A stretch of 58,275 nucleotides of DNA, filler included, from Sphacelaria rigidula (GCA_964200075.2; 8 parts of 8 records of this genome joined end to end with filler, not necessarily neighbours in it); one strand, 5' to 3'; shown: positions 24,752 to 36,386, numbered from the whole stretch's first letter. Translations and numbers: made by a program. Notes: generated by a model not told the origin, from the letters alone.

Positions 24752-25186
24752 TCAACGGAAGGGATTATCCCCTTTTTCACAATCCTCTTTCGACAGGGAG
24801 TTAACCCCAGAACGACCAGTCCCGAGTCCTATCGACAAGCAGTTTTGTACAAATTCAAACCCAAATCTGCACGTAGGTCGAGGAATGCGGCGGGTCTTGA
24901 AGTGGTCGTTAGTCCAAGCAGGCCCAAGGTCTGTGTAATGCTGCGGACAATGCACAACAAGGCAACACAACATCTACACACGCAGCCCTGAAAAAAGACG
25001 CACAGACACCCACCACTCACGCGCATGAGTTTCACTGCTAGACCTTGCTAATCTACATACGGCAGGAGTGATGCTACGGTAGGGTTGCACTTTTTGAGCG
25101 AAAACGTTTCTCGGGGTGCTGCACGGATCATTTTGAGAATCAGCATCACTTTCACTTGAAAAAGACTGAAAATGATGCCCATTCAC

Positions 25187-25640
25187 GGAAAGGCCCCTGT
25201 GTGCATGTCAATGTCCTGTCGCCGGAGATTTGGGTTGCACAGTAAGCTCCATATATTTGGGCTCCTACAAAAACGAGAACCAGAAAAAAAAAGTGCAACC
25301 TATATCGTAGTATTGCTCGCAGTCTTTGTTTGACAGAAATCTGTTCGGTATTGGATGAAAGGCGGCCGCATGCGTGTCACAAACAACCGAAAATATGTCG
25401 TTACTGACCGTTTTGTAAGCGTGTGCTGCTCGCGCGCCTCACACAAATCATCATTTCTCAATGAATTCTGGACGGATTTGAGCAGGGTCACGCACAACGT
25501 GCACAGCTGATGAGTAGCTAGGGCTCGAGCTGTATATTTTTGGTTCGCGGGACCACCAAGTTCCTCAGGCTCAGCTCTGATGTGTTGGGCTGTGTGGTAA
25601 ACCTTCGCATGTGCCCCTGTCAACCGGACACGTATGTTCC
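25187..25640 (-). repeat. Dispersed unclassified repeat (left boundary uncertain)
   Basis: Terminus GGAACATACGTGTCCGGTTGACAGGGGCACATGC..AGG.TTACCACACAG is shared with 43633-43683 (+). Confidence 0.6.
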
Positions 25641-26185
25641 TGGCAAGGTGATTGGATGCCATTTCAATCTTAAGAAGAGCCAGATCGATCCACCCACGCT
25701 GAAGGAAGGTAAGGTGCTGTAGATGTAGTGTTCCCCTTTAGTATACCCAACGTGTGTATGTTGCATTGGGTCATATGTGTTGCATACCACCATTAATGGA
25801 GTTTTAGTGTTACCTGCGTATACGGACAGCATGGTCATAGGTATGTACAGACATCTACAACTCCTACCTTTAACATATGTTGCCCGTACACTTTGTACAT
25901 GAATTAACCGTTACCCATGATGATGTCTATCATTTTTCTCCCAGCCTCACTGAAGTTGTCATCATTGCCACCCTTGTCTCCAGTTCTGGATGTATCAGCC
26001 AGGTCCACACCTGGTTCCAACATCACCTGAGTCCCATCCGACCCGATATAAAACTTCTGTACCACCACATCTACATCTAGTCTGCCCCTACACTTACCGC
26101 CCACGTACTTGCACACCTTCTTCTTAATTATACCTACGCAACTCATCTGCAAGAAACATGTCTACGACTTTCGATACAGGTGCAA

Positions 26186-28200
26186 TCAAAACGCGAGTGC
26201 GTCGTCGTCGTCGTCTTTGCCCGCTTCGGATGCCGAATCCTCTTCCTCTGAGTCGCTACACTCGGAGTCTGAATCTCGAAGCCAAATTTCGGCTGAATGC
26301 TTCGATCCGTCCTCTGGCGGGCCATCTAGACCGCCGTCGCAACAATTGCGACTGGTAGGATCTGGTCCCGGATCCGATTTCCCTCCCGCTACCGTCGCCA
26401 TCCTCTCACCATCTTGTCGGCAGCACTCCTCACCAGAACTACTATCAACACCTGCCCCTTGGGCCTTCCTCGCTCCATTCGCCTGCCCCCCGCCACGCAA
26501 CGCCGCTGACCCGCCCCTTCCACGGTTCGCCGTGGATCCGCTCCTCCCGTTACGACGTCGGCGGGACGTATCGACATTTCCTCCGGCGGAATCACCTGTA
26601 GCAGTAGCGCCGACCGCTGGGTCAGGGGGTGGCGGCAAAAAGCAGCGGCCCTGGCAACCGCAGCACAGCGTACAATTCCCCAAACATCTGCAATCTCGGC
26701 ACCGGTGGCGTTTTTGCGCCACCCTTTCCGGCTTGCACGCGCATCTCAGGGTTCGCACAATCCCGGATGTATCGACATACGTGTGGCTTGACAAGTATAC
26801 GACTATGTTGTCCCGTGTAAGCTCCACCGCCCCTCTGCTCGCCGCCTTTATCCCACCCTTGTGGTGAGTCTGTTTTTCCGGTTCAACGCCCCATCCGCAC
26901 CCGTTAAAGTTCACTGTGGGCATGCTCATCCCGAAGCCCCTCCCCCCAGTATTCCAATACTGTGTCGGCCTTATCTACGTGCTTCTGGCAGGCGTCCAAG
27001 TCCGGGCAGCACCGGGAAGGCATGTGCCCATGTACTGTGGTGATGCACAGACGAATCGTGTTCACGAAAGACTTCAAATTCTGCCCGGTCGTGGTGAAGA
27101 GATGTCCAGGATCCGCGGCGACCTGCGCAAATTCGTTTTCGTACCTGAAGAAAAAGATCGTGGCCAGTAGCTCAACCCCCTCGCCCACCTCCACCCTCGC
27201 CTTACCCTCGTCGATCACCACTATCGCTTTCGTGAACAGATTCGGTGTTCTCAGTGCCTTCAGAACGAATTCCCACATCTTGGGGAAGGGAATCCCGGAT
27301 ACACGCGGCAGGAAGTTGCAGCCAGCCAATAGATAAGTGAAAACGAACAGCGCCACCTTCACAGGATGTGTCAGCCAATCATACAGTCCACCCGCTGGAG
27401 TGCGTGTTCAATAGGCTGACCAGTCTTGATCTCGGCGGTGAGGCGGGAGACAGAACGCTCCAACTCTCGTACCCTTGTACGCATGATGCGAAGTTCAACG
27501 TCGGCCGCAATGGCTACCTCGGGCGCCACCACCGAAGAAACGAGATAGATGAATTTGCGTCGCCCATCGCATACAGCCGCATCGACCCCGCTTCTCTTCT
27601 CAAGCTTGGCGTCGACTGCGCCGTCCGCGGCCACTGCATCGACAATTCTCAGCACTTGCTCCCTGGTGCGCTTGTCTACAACAGCCCGGGCGTTCACTGC
27701 GGTTCTGGCTTCGGTCAGTCAGGATTGGACATCCTCCACTCCCACTGAACGCCCCTCCTCAACGGTCGCAATCACTTTTTGGCGTACCTCTGCAACAAAG
27801 TCCGGCTCGGCAGGGGTGGGGGGGGTGCTGAACCGACAGTCACGGGTGTGCAGCTAACCCGAGGAAGGAAATCTGCCTTTCGCCTAGTACTCATTATACT
27901 GTGTCGATCCATGGAGCGCCACAAACACTCATGCCGGCCACACGAGCAATCTCAACTCGGTTGATAGCTTTTCACAAGCGCAGCCGGGCGCACACTGTCA
28001 TCATCCGCACACGACTCCAGAAATTACCGAGCCTCCGTGATTCGCCCCACGCCAAGATGACGCCAGATATTGCCTTCCCCGGACCCCGGTCGATGGCAGG
28101 CGAAGCACAGTCGCGATGCCGGGTCGTGTACCTGACCACAAGAAGAGCACGTAACAGGGGATGCTATAAAATGAGGTTCATCAATGAAATGAGGGTGGAA
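26186..28200 (-). mobile_element. Second Academ-like element, internally deleted and frameshifted
   Basis: YDWL..VKVALFVFTYLLAGCNF..VSGIP, DACQKH, GWG, CACKP...CRDCRCLGNCTLCCGCQGRC, acidic tail ending LAF*; upstream of ~27400 it switches to a different coding-like segment. Confidence 0.7.
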
Positions 28201-29089
28201 GACCCTAGCCGTTGAATGACGAAAAGCCCTCAGATGTACCGCATGACACTGCTGATGCGCAATTTTGAGGAGGAGTAGGAAGTGCGTTCGTGGTTTCACA
28301 TGCCGCCTATCCCTGGTTAGCTGCGGGCGACGGAGCATAACAACGTTCGTTTGATTGTCGACGGATATTGTCACTGTTGTTCATCTCGAGGCTCGTGTCC
28401 AGACGAAAATCTCGGGCGTCAAGTTGCTGTCAGTAAAGTCAGTAAGGTGCTGTCAGTGACGTGGTGGGGAGATATCACTGCCAACGCAGTGATGTGCCGA
28501 GCGGATGATTGAGCGTCTACTGTCCTGAAGAATCGATGGCCGATGCACAACGTGAATAGTTTATTGCACGACTCAGCCGTACCGCTAATACCCGTCGAGC
28601 TTTCCAATCCGGTTCGAGCATATATGAGGCGGCAATGTCTCTGTCGAAACAGAAATCGTTGGCATCCACCCCCAAGATCGCTTCGTACGGTCCCGCCATA
28701 CACACCATCGCAACACCGCATCATGCTACATGACAGCATCTCGACCCCGCCCTAAACCATACGTTTGCGCCCGCATCCCGACCTGTATGTGAACCTATTA
28801 CTTCCACTCTCCAACTGCGCCACTACAACTCGAGACTCCAGCGTCATCACTAGTTGCTATTGTCATCACCACCATCATCACCATCGCCATCACTTCCAGT
28901 ACCACAGTCATCATGGTCATCATCGGGGGCTACCTCGTCCTCCAACCCCTCTCGACAGGCTACTTCGCGGTGAGCCTCCCTTTCCTCTCTCGACTCTCTT
29001 GCACACTGGCTATTACAACATGCTGCGTACCATCTGCGCCGCCTATCGCAGCGGTAATGTACGAGTCTCTGGGGCCGTTGTGCGGTATT

Positions 29090-29189
29090 NNNNNNNNNNN
29101 NNNNNNNNNNNNNNNNNNNNNNNNNNNNNNNNNTTAATTAATTAANNNNNNNNNNNNNNNNNNNNNNNNNNNNNNNNNNNNNNNNNNNN
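29090..29189. other. Artificial contig-joining spacer
   Basis: Same 100-nt spacer. Confidence 0.99.
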
Positions 29190-29249
29190 GCGTTGCGGGG
29201 GGAAGGCGTGAGGAGGGGGGGGGGGGGCGTGGGGGGGGGGTGGGGCTGG

Positions 29250-29460
29250 AGGGGGGGTTTGGGCCATTTCTTCCACGCAAATCCACCTTGAATCGTCGTT
29301 GAAAACAGCAACGTTTGTTGGAACCCGCTTGTTATCGATAAGACACACCTCATTCGTACCACTTAGTACTGTTTTCACCCAAATACAAACGCACCGCGAG
29401 TATTTAGGTCATCTGACACGCCTGTGATCCCCTGCTTCGTGGAATCAAACACCCCGCCCC
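29250..29460 (-). mobile_element. Repeat family B copy
   Basis: Reverse complement aligns to 6945-7145 (GTGTCAGA.GACCT...CTCGCGGTGCG...CGTTGCTG.TTTCAACGACGATT...AAGAAATGGCCC). Confidence 0.75.
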
Positions 29461-29854
29461 TCTCTTACCATCACCCCGAGGTGCGGAGAATACATGCGAA
29501 ACTGTTGTGATGCAACCGCCTTTGGCAAAAGCATACGTAAGACTGGCCAGATGGGCCGCGGCATCGCTGATCTCTCTATCGACAACAAAAATGAACCTAC
29601 CGCAGGGGTATACGGTGTATATCACCCCCAGGTGACAAAAAAAAATGGGGTCCACGACTCCACTAGCCAGGAGTGATATTGACATGCGCGGGTGTGGTAC
29701 ACATCGTGCCGGTCTCATATGCCGTAACTTAAGATGATAAGTCAAGGCATGTGGAACGTAAGTACGTGAGTACCCCCCCTCTCCCACCCCCGCATTCTTT
29801 AGGTGAAGGTGCGGGGTACAAAACACAAGTAAGGGACATGAGAGAAATAATGGG

Positions 29855-30438
29855 GAAATAAGCGCTCAGACGCAAGTAGACGAGGAAGAACACCTGGAGA
29901 TATACGGAGGGTTGTGAGAGGGGATTGGGATGAAAACATATCTGAATGGCTCAATGGACGCGGCGAAGAAATAAAGAGACTGCGATTTCGGGCGGGAGAC
30001 CTGGACCTGCCGGAAAGAAGAGAGATACCAGTAGTCGAGTGGAGGAGGAAGTAGATGCACAAAATTGCCCCTGTGGCAAAGTAGTACGGAGCAGGAGTCA
30101 TACAGTGGCAGAATGTGAACTATACAAGGAGGAACGGCATGTGCTAGGGGGAGAAATGCGGGACGTGAACGAAGGTGGCATGAAATCGCTTGACGTATTA
30201 GGCAGGAGCGAGAGAACGATGGCTATACCAGGAGTTAGATGGTGGCCACAGACGGCGAAACAGGACGGGGAGAATATATGTAAACGGTTTTCGTGTAGTG
30301 AATGGAAGAAACGTGATGAGCGCCGAAATGTTGAAGGGGTCTCTATTAGGTGTAGGAACGGTGTTTCGTCTCGAAAGGGATGCGTGGTCAATGGTCAAAC
30401 AACCAAGGCAAGCAAACGAATGAGTTCACCCCCCCCCC
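29855..30438 (+). mobile_element. 5'-truncated LINE 3' end, in an LSD1 intron on the opposite strand
   Basis: C-terminal CPCG...SRSH.VAEC motif paralogous to 36590-37024; ends in the GGGATGCGTGGTCAATGGTCAAAC...ATGAGT tail plus a C-run. Confidence 0.85.
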
Positions 30439-30467
30439 GTAGTCCTCCATAGGTTCCTCGTGCTGAC

Positions 30468-30546
30468 CTTGTTCAGGAGTCCGAAGCCCAACGCCGACAC
30501 CGCCGAGAGCTTCCTAGGCGGCAGCGGCGGCACGAAATCGACCGTG
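30468..30546 (-). CDS. LSD1/KDM1-like amine oxidase, exon d
   Basis: CAG acceptor and GTCAGC donor; (G)[26 protein letters not shown] matches the LSD1 FVPPLP..K..A...GFG.LNKV motif; phase fits exon c. Confidence 0.92.
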
Positions 30547-30705
30547 CTGCAGCAACCAAGCAAGCCCAGAGATCACGAGTGGCGAGGGCGAGCATAGTAA
30601 GAGTGCGTCAGTCGTGGGAATGGGATTTGCCCGGGGGGGAGGGGGACTTTCCACTATGCGCCAAACATTGAACACCAAACACCGCCGAGCGAAAGAAATA
30701 CTCAC

Positions 30706-31892
30706 CCAGCTTTCAGCACTCCGAGGGGCAGGGTTACAACGACGGCATCCGCGTTGACTTCCCGCCCATCAGCCCCCGTGACACGGCAAGAATAGCCGCG
30801 TTCAACCGGCGTCGCCGCTGCCCCAGCCGCCGCCGATACCCCGCCACTCACCCCGCCGTCGGTCGCCCAGCTGCCGACGTCCCCATCACCAGCGATCGGA
30901 TATTTGCGCGGGCGTCCCCGTTTCCTCCTCGGCAGCTGCGGTTGCTGCAGAGTCGCCACCGTGGCCGTCGTCAGTGCTGACGGTGGTTGTCCCCCTCCCG
31001 CAGCCGCGGGCCGGATCGCGGCTACAGACGCATGCGTGGTGCCTGCCCCTCCAGCTATCCCCGGCGTTGCGCCGAGCATGCGGTGCGCCATGGCGCCCCC
31101 GCTTCCCGGATTCGTGGGTGGCGGCGCCGGATTTGTGGGTGGCGGCGCCGGGATGCCCGGCAGCCGCTCGACCCCGGTGAGGGCGGTGGGAGCGGGGGGC
31201 GTGGCAGAGGCGGGCGTTGGGGTCGCAGCGGGGGCGCTGACAGCATCAACAGCAGACGTGGCAGAAGAGGTATTGAGTGCAGACGTTGCTGCTACGCTTG
31301 CTGTCGTGTTTGGGGTTGCTGTCGCCGTCGTCGGGGGAATCGTCTGTTCCCACGTGTTTCCGGCAGCCGTTAAGGGAGCGGACACCGCCAGGGGCGGTGC
31401 CAAGCCGCCACCACTCGACACTACCACCGCCAATCCTCCTCCCGCCTGTTGTGCTTGCCCCATGGATTTTTCTCCAGCAGGTGCTGCCGCCGACGCCGTC
31501 GGCATCGGTGATATCGCTGTCGAAGAAGGCACCGCCGTAGCGGCAGGTAAAGGGCTGCTGACCTGGCCGGCGAGGACAGGTGTGTGGGCGACCGCGCCGG
31601 CCACTGGAACAGCTGCGCCGCCAGGCGTGGCGGCGACCTGCATCCGCAAGTGTTCGGGCCAAGGGTAGCTTACGGCCGGTGGGCTTTGGGATTTTACATT
31701 CGTCGCTTTGCCCGGCGTCGCCGCCCCCACCGCCCACGCGCCAGTTGTGGCGGTGGCAGCAGTGGTGGCAGCGGCAGCGTTGGGCATGAAAGTCGCATTG
31801 GGGGGCAACGAGGATATCCCTCGCCGCTGCCAAGCCAGTGCTCCTAGGGCTTTCGATGTGGACGTACTCGGCTGCTGCGCCGTACTGTCTGC
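30706..31892 (-). CDS. LSD1/KDM1-like amine oxidase, exon c (Ala/Pro/Thr-rich insertion, AT-hook, [14 protein letters not shown])
   Basis: 1187-nt open exon; polypyrimidine + CAG acceptor, GTGAGT donor; RRKRGRPRK at 30903-30929. Confidence 0.88.
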
Positions 31893-32162
31893 CTGCTTTG
31901 AGAGAGTCAAATGGGGGGGGGAGAGAGAGAATGTTCGTCGAGGCTCAATTGCGTGCATCCTCCTCTACTTTTTTGCCTGATTGCTTGGTTGTCTCGACTG
32001 GTAGATGATCACCTGGACGAACGCAACTATGGTGATACGACAAGAAATGTGCACTTGGTTTTTCCTCATCATCGGATAAGGGCATCACTTGTGGGGGGCA
32101 TGGATTTGTTTCTCCATCAGATTTTTTGCAAGAAGAATCGAATGGGCCCACATGGCGATTAC

Positions 32163-32408
32163 CGTAGTTGTGCGAGTCATCGCACACCCCCTGGACCGAA
32201 TTTCAAAGTTCGATTACTCCACAACAAGAAGAGCATCAGTTCTGAAAAGGGTGACGTTGGAAAGATCTAGTCGATAGCAGAAGTCGCAGCGGCAGCGTTG
32301 GGCATGAAAGCCGGAAACGCGTCGTTTGGTATTGGGACCCTCTTCGTCATGGAGTAATCGAGCGTTGAATTTCGGTCCAGGGGGTGTGCGATGACTCGCA
32401 CAATTACG
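32163..32408. repeat. Intronic foldback 1 (~70-bp arms, 33-bp perfect core)
   Basis: TTGTGCGAGTCATCGCACACCCCCTGGACCGAA and its exact reverse complement. Confidence 0.92.
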
Positions 32409-32410
32409 GG

Positions 32411-32811
32411 TATTTCGTGTTGTTACGCCACGGCACAATGGCCAACATCCTCACCACGCACAGCCTGTCACACAGAGGGACGATTGGAGCTGGCCCTTTT
32501 AGATAAACGTACCGACACACTTGGTGGAGCAGCGCTCCCTGCCTTGGACCATGGCGTGGACCGTGGCCGCGATCCTGCTCCCGCGCGTGACGGGGTTTTC
32601 TTTCCCCCGAAAACTTGACCCCTGTCATGATCGGGAGGACAGGACGGCCATGGTCCACGCCATGCTCCCAAGTAAGGTGCGCTGCTCCGCCAAGTGTGTC
32701 GGTACGTTCATCTAAAAGAGCCAGATCCAATCGTCGCTCTGTGTGGGAATTCGTGGGTTGTGAGGATGCTGGCTATGTATACATGGCACATCGGTGAACA
32801 AACACGAAATA
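32411..32811. repeat. Intronic foldback 2 (~160-bp imperfect arms)
   Basis: 32411-32570 is an imperfect reverse complement of 32645-32811. Confidence 0.9.
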
Positions 32812-33579
32812 ATCGTCAAGTGGGCCTATTGGATTCTCGGGGAGGCGGGGGAATCCGATCGAGAAAACACAGCCATGTCCCTGTAAGAGATGGCCGCACT
32901 CTGTTCATTACCTCCGTCTTTTATTTTTCGTTCACACTCTTGTTTACACACTTCAGTCCGGGGATGTTTCGATTCATTGATCATCGGCACATACATCTAT
33001 CGGGTAACTATGTCTAGATTTGTAGCGGAGGAATTATTGACGTGCGACAGTCAATCAATCAATCACTAATCCCACTCATCAAAGTCAGCAAGACGAGCCA
33101 ATGCCCAGTTCACCGTCTTGTCTGCTGGGAGAGGAGGTTGATGGGGAAAATATATATATATATATATATACTATACTAATTGTTAGCCATATGCATTATC
33201 TTTCTTCTTTATATTTTTTATCCCTGTTTTGCTTGTATGGCGTTCTGTGAGTCTTCATCTAGGTTTTTTTTTGTTTTTCCGTCATACCTTACTATAGGTA
33301 CCTAGGCCGTGGCCACGAAAGGCGTCCGCATTAGATACCCAGTACGAATGTACCGCGCAGATATCGGGCCGGTCTTGTAATGTGAAGACAACAACACCAA
33401 CAACAACAACTTGTGCGAGAGAAACACAACGTATGATCCATACACGCATGATTGCCGCTGCATCATTTCTGATACAAATCGCAGCGTGTACAGCATGTAG
33501 GAAAAATGCACGTGTGCGAATCATACACGCGGGGTTCATCTCGGATGAAGTCACAGTAGAGCCTCATGCGCGAAGCTCA

Positions 33580-33965
33580 TATATAGTTCCGACACGATGG
33601 TTGCCATCTTTCAAGACTACACCATAACGACAGTAGTGGCCAGTAAAATGTATTTACCTTGGTGCAGGGCGACCCTACAAAGGGTTCAAAGACACACACG
33701 GCCGGAATCCTTCAAGTCTAGAACACAACGGCCGTGGCCAGGAAAAGGTATACCTTAGCACGGGGCGCCCCTATGGATGGCTGAAACATATGATGGCTGG
33801 AATCGCTCAAGTCTAAAACACAACGGCCGCGGCCAAGAAAAGGTATACCTTAGCATGAGGCGCCCCTATGGATGGCTGAAACATGTGATGGCCGGAAATC
33901 TTCAGATCCAAAGCACAACGACAGCGGCCAGGAAAAGGTATACCTTTGTATGGAGCGCCCCTACA
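33580..33965. repeat. 95-bp minisatellite, ~4 units, overlapping an exon 3' end
   Basis: AGGTATACCTT at 33746, 33841 and 33936, with a degenerate copy at ~33648. Confidence 0.9.
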
Positions 33966-34190
33966 GCCGTCGCAGCCCCAGCCGCCGCCCCCCCCAGGGC
34001 GTCGCCAGTAGCCCCATGTTGGAATAAGGAATGGCTGAAAGCCGATGATGGCGATGCTGCCGGTGCCGGCGTGGGTGTCGCGGCGTGTTTTCCTGTGTCC
34101 CAAGAGTGTTCGATGCGGGTGACCGCCCATGCAAGACGGAGGTCTTTGATCTTCGACGACAACTGCTCGGCGAGTAGACCATAGCCCTGC
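33944..34190 (-). CDS. LSD1/KDM1-like amine oxidase, exon b
   Basis: CAG acceptor, GTATAC donor; QGYGLLAEQLSSKIKDLRLAWAVTRIEH matches the GY..L.E.L....DIRL...V..I motif; phases fit both neighbours. Confidence 0.9.
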
Positions 34191-35248
34191 CTGCAGTTCA
34201 GTTGTCACCAAACACGCAACATAATTGCGTGTAATGATGCGGCATGCCGCAGCAACCCCGGTGTAAAAGCAAGAGGGGGGGGAGGGGGACGCACGTGAAA
34301 AAGGGGGTTAATCTGGGGTTCGAACGGCGACCGTACAATATGCAAGAGTCATTCTTCTCTTTGATTTGGTCTGTTGCCCTTTCTCACTACTGTCGTGCCC
34401 CTAGAAGAGTATATGAGTTGGTGTGGCCAGCTTCGCATGTGGTACCCCGTACGTGCTGTCTTATGACGATACCAACCAGAGATCAAGGTAAAAACCATTG
34501 CCGATCCCGCCTTGCAGAGTATAGCCATGACGTACCCCTACACACCAAGGATCTTCGGTCATATAATCAATTACACACCTAGCTGATACACATAGTAAGG
34601 TACATGGTGTGAGTGCAGAGGCAAGTACGTGACTTTTGAGTTTTACCCCGGCGCGCCTTCACCTCCTCTCCCCATCCTTAAATCGAGTCCATGGTATCAA
34701 ATGATCAGCTATCTCCCCCGCGTGCATATATACTAGTGGATGTACTGTATATATATCGGCAGTTGAGCATACCCGACGTATCGCGACAGTACCGGTGGTC
34801 ACGCCTTCAGGCGCCAGGTGAGGGCACACGTACGATAGTACTTCAGGTCATATTCTATTGTGTACTGACCTAGATATCGTAGCTTGATCAACAGTAACAG
34901 CAAAGTCACGATACAGGTGCGAATCACCGGTATGCTGTTGTGAGTCGGATCAGTAGGATGTATCGTTACCACACGTACCATTACACATACCCAGAATTCT
35001 CCAACTTATGCTGCTTCTAGCGGTAACCGCGGTACTCTTACAGTCGTACAGTACGGTCATACTTCGGCGTCAAAAACGTCGATTTTTGGATAATGACCGA
35101 ACGACGACGACAGAAATACGTCACGAAAGGGGAAGCGGGTGCCCAAGGAAAGCGCTCGCTGCAAAATTTAAGACAGTTTCAGTTTTTCTTTGTCTTTCCT
35201 CGCCAAACAAGATGACACGACGGACACAGATCCGTCACTCGAACTCAC

Positions 35249-35331
35249 GTGATGAGCTGGTGCGGGCCGGGGAACGCAAAGTTGTCATCCTGATCCCAAA
35301 AGCGGAGGCTGAGATCGTCGACGCTGCGAGC
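35249..35331 (-). CDS. LSD1/KDM1-like amine oxidase, exon a
   Basis: AAG acceptor, GTGAGT donor; ARSVDDLSLRFWDQDDNFAFPGPHQLI carries the LSL..WDQDD.F.F.G.H signature of LSD1/KDM1. Confidence 0.93.
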
Positions 35332-35639
35332 CTTTCAGCCACGAGAACCCAGCATATCCGAAAGTGGCAAGGGGGGAGGGAAGAATATTTAGAACCTTCA
35401 CCAACACAGCATTCGTGTCAACGATTCAATGAAAGACTTCGATACCCTGGACAATAGAGTAAACAGTCAAGAAGTGTACTGCGTGCAGTATCGATTATTG
35501 CGCTATTGCAATAGACAATAGATTCCATAGTGAACACAGTACACTTTTTGACAATATAATATTTTGTCCAGGGTGTGAAGACTTCTCGCACAAGCTTTAC
35601 CGCAAATTCATCCCCTCGCCCTCTCCCCCATCTTTGAGG

Positions 35640-36345
35640 GATTGGCGTCGGATGGCAAATGACGCCATGAAACGCGCTACTCACTGTGCAACCACCTTAC
35701 CGTTTTTTCTCGCTTTATTTTTTGCTGCAACCATGATGGTGGTCGAGTTAGATCATACTGGGGAGGTGGGAAAACGTCAACTCCGCGCAAAGGGGATGAT
35801 CATACTACGTAGTGCTTAAATGGTGACACACCCAGGAGGCAGTGTAAGCCGTGGCTGTCTCTGGAAGTGGCGATACCATTAAATGAAGCAGCTCATTGAA
35901 GGCTGTCATCCATATGCAAGATAATCAGTAGGCTTTGGGCCGAACAATCTTAGCATGGTACCGGTCACCCCTCATGCGACTCGCCGAACACATCACGGCA
36001 CTTCGCGCTTGGTGACTGCGAGCCTCATTCGGCGAAAACCCGGCGTGCTCCGGCTTTGTCGGGATGTGATGTCAATGGTCATGTGACTGCGGCATGCAAA
36101 ATCATTGGTATCCCCCCCCCCCTCGAAAACCCGGCGTACTCCGTCCCGGCTTCGTAGGGATGCAAGGTCAATGGTCTTCTGACTACTGGCATACATAATC
36201 ATGAGTACCCTCCCCCCACCAATGAGACTGCTCCGTATCGAGAGGGATGCGTGGTCAATGGTCACACGACTAAGGCAAGCAACAAATGAGTACGCCCCGC
36301 CCCGCCAATAGTACGTCACCCCCCCCCCCCCCCCCCCCCCCACGA
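35640..36345 (+). mobile_element. Copy of the ~700-bp non-coding repeat followed by stacked 3'-tail fragments
   Basis: Collinear with 38198-38700 (-); three successive tail units, each ending in a C-run (~36120, ~36220, ~36305). Confidence 0.8.
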
Positions 36346-36386
36346 AACCACATTAATACCCAATTTTTTTTTTCCACCCTCATGCC

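Noticed and set aside
26109-26867. Plus-strand 252-aa ORF
   Set aside because: Antisense shadow of the Academ-like C-terminus.
30904-31668. Plus-strand 254-aa ORF and other overlapping ORFs
   Set aside because: These are antisense shadows of the GC-rich LSD1 exon.
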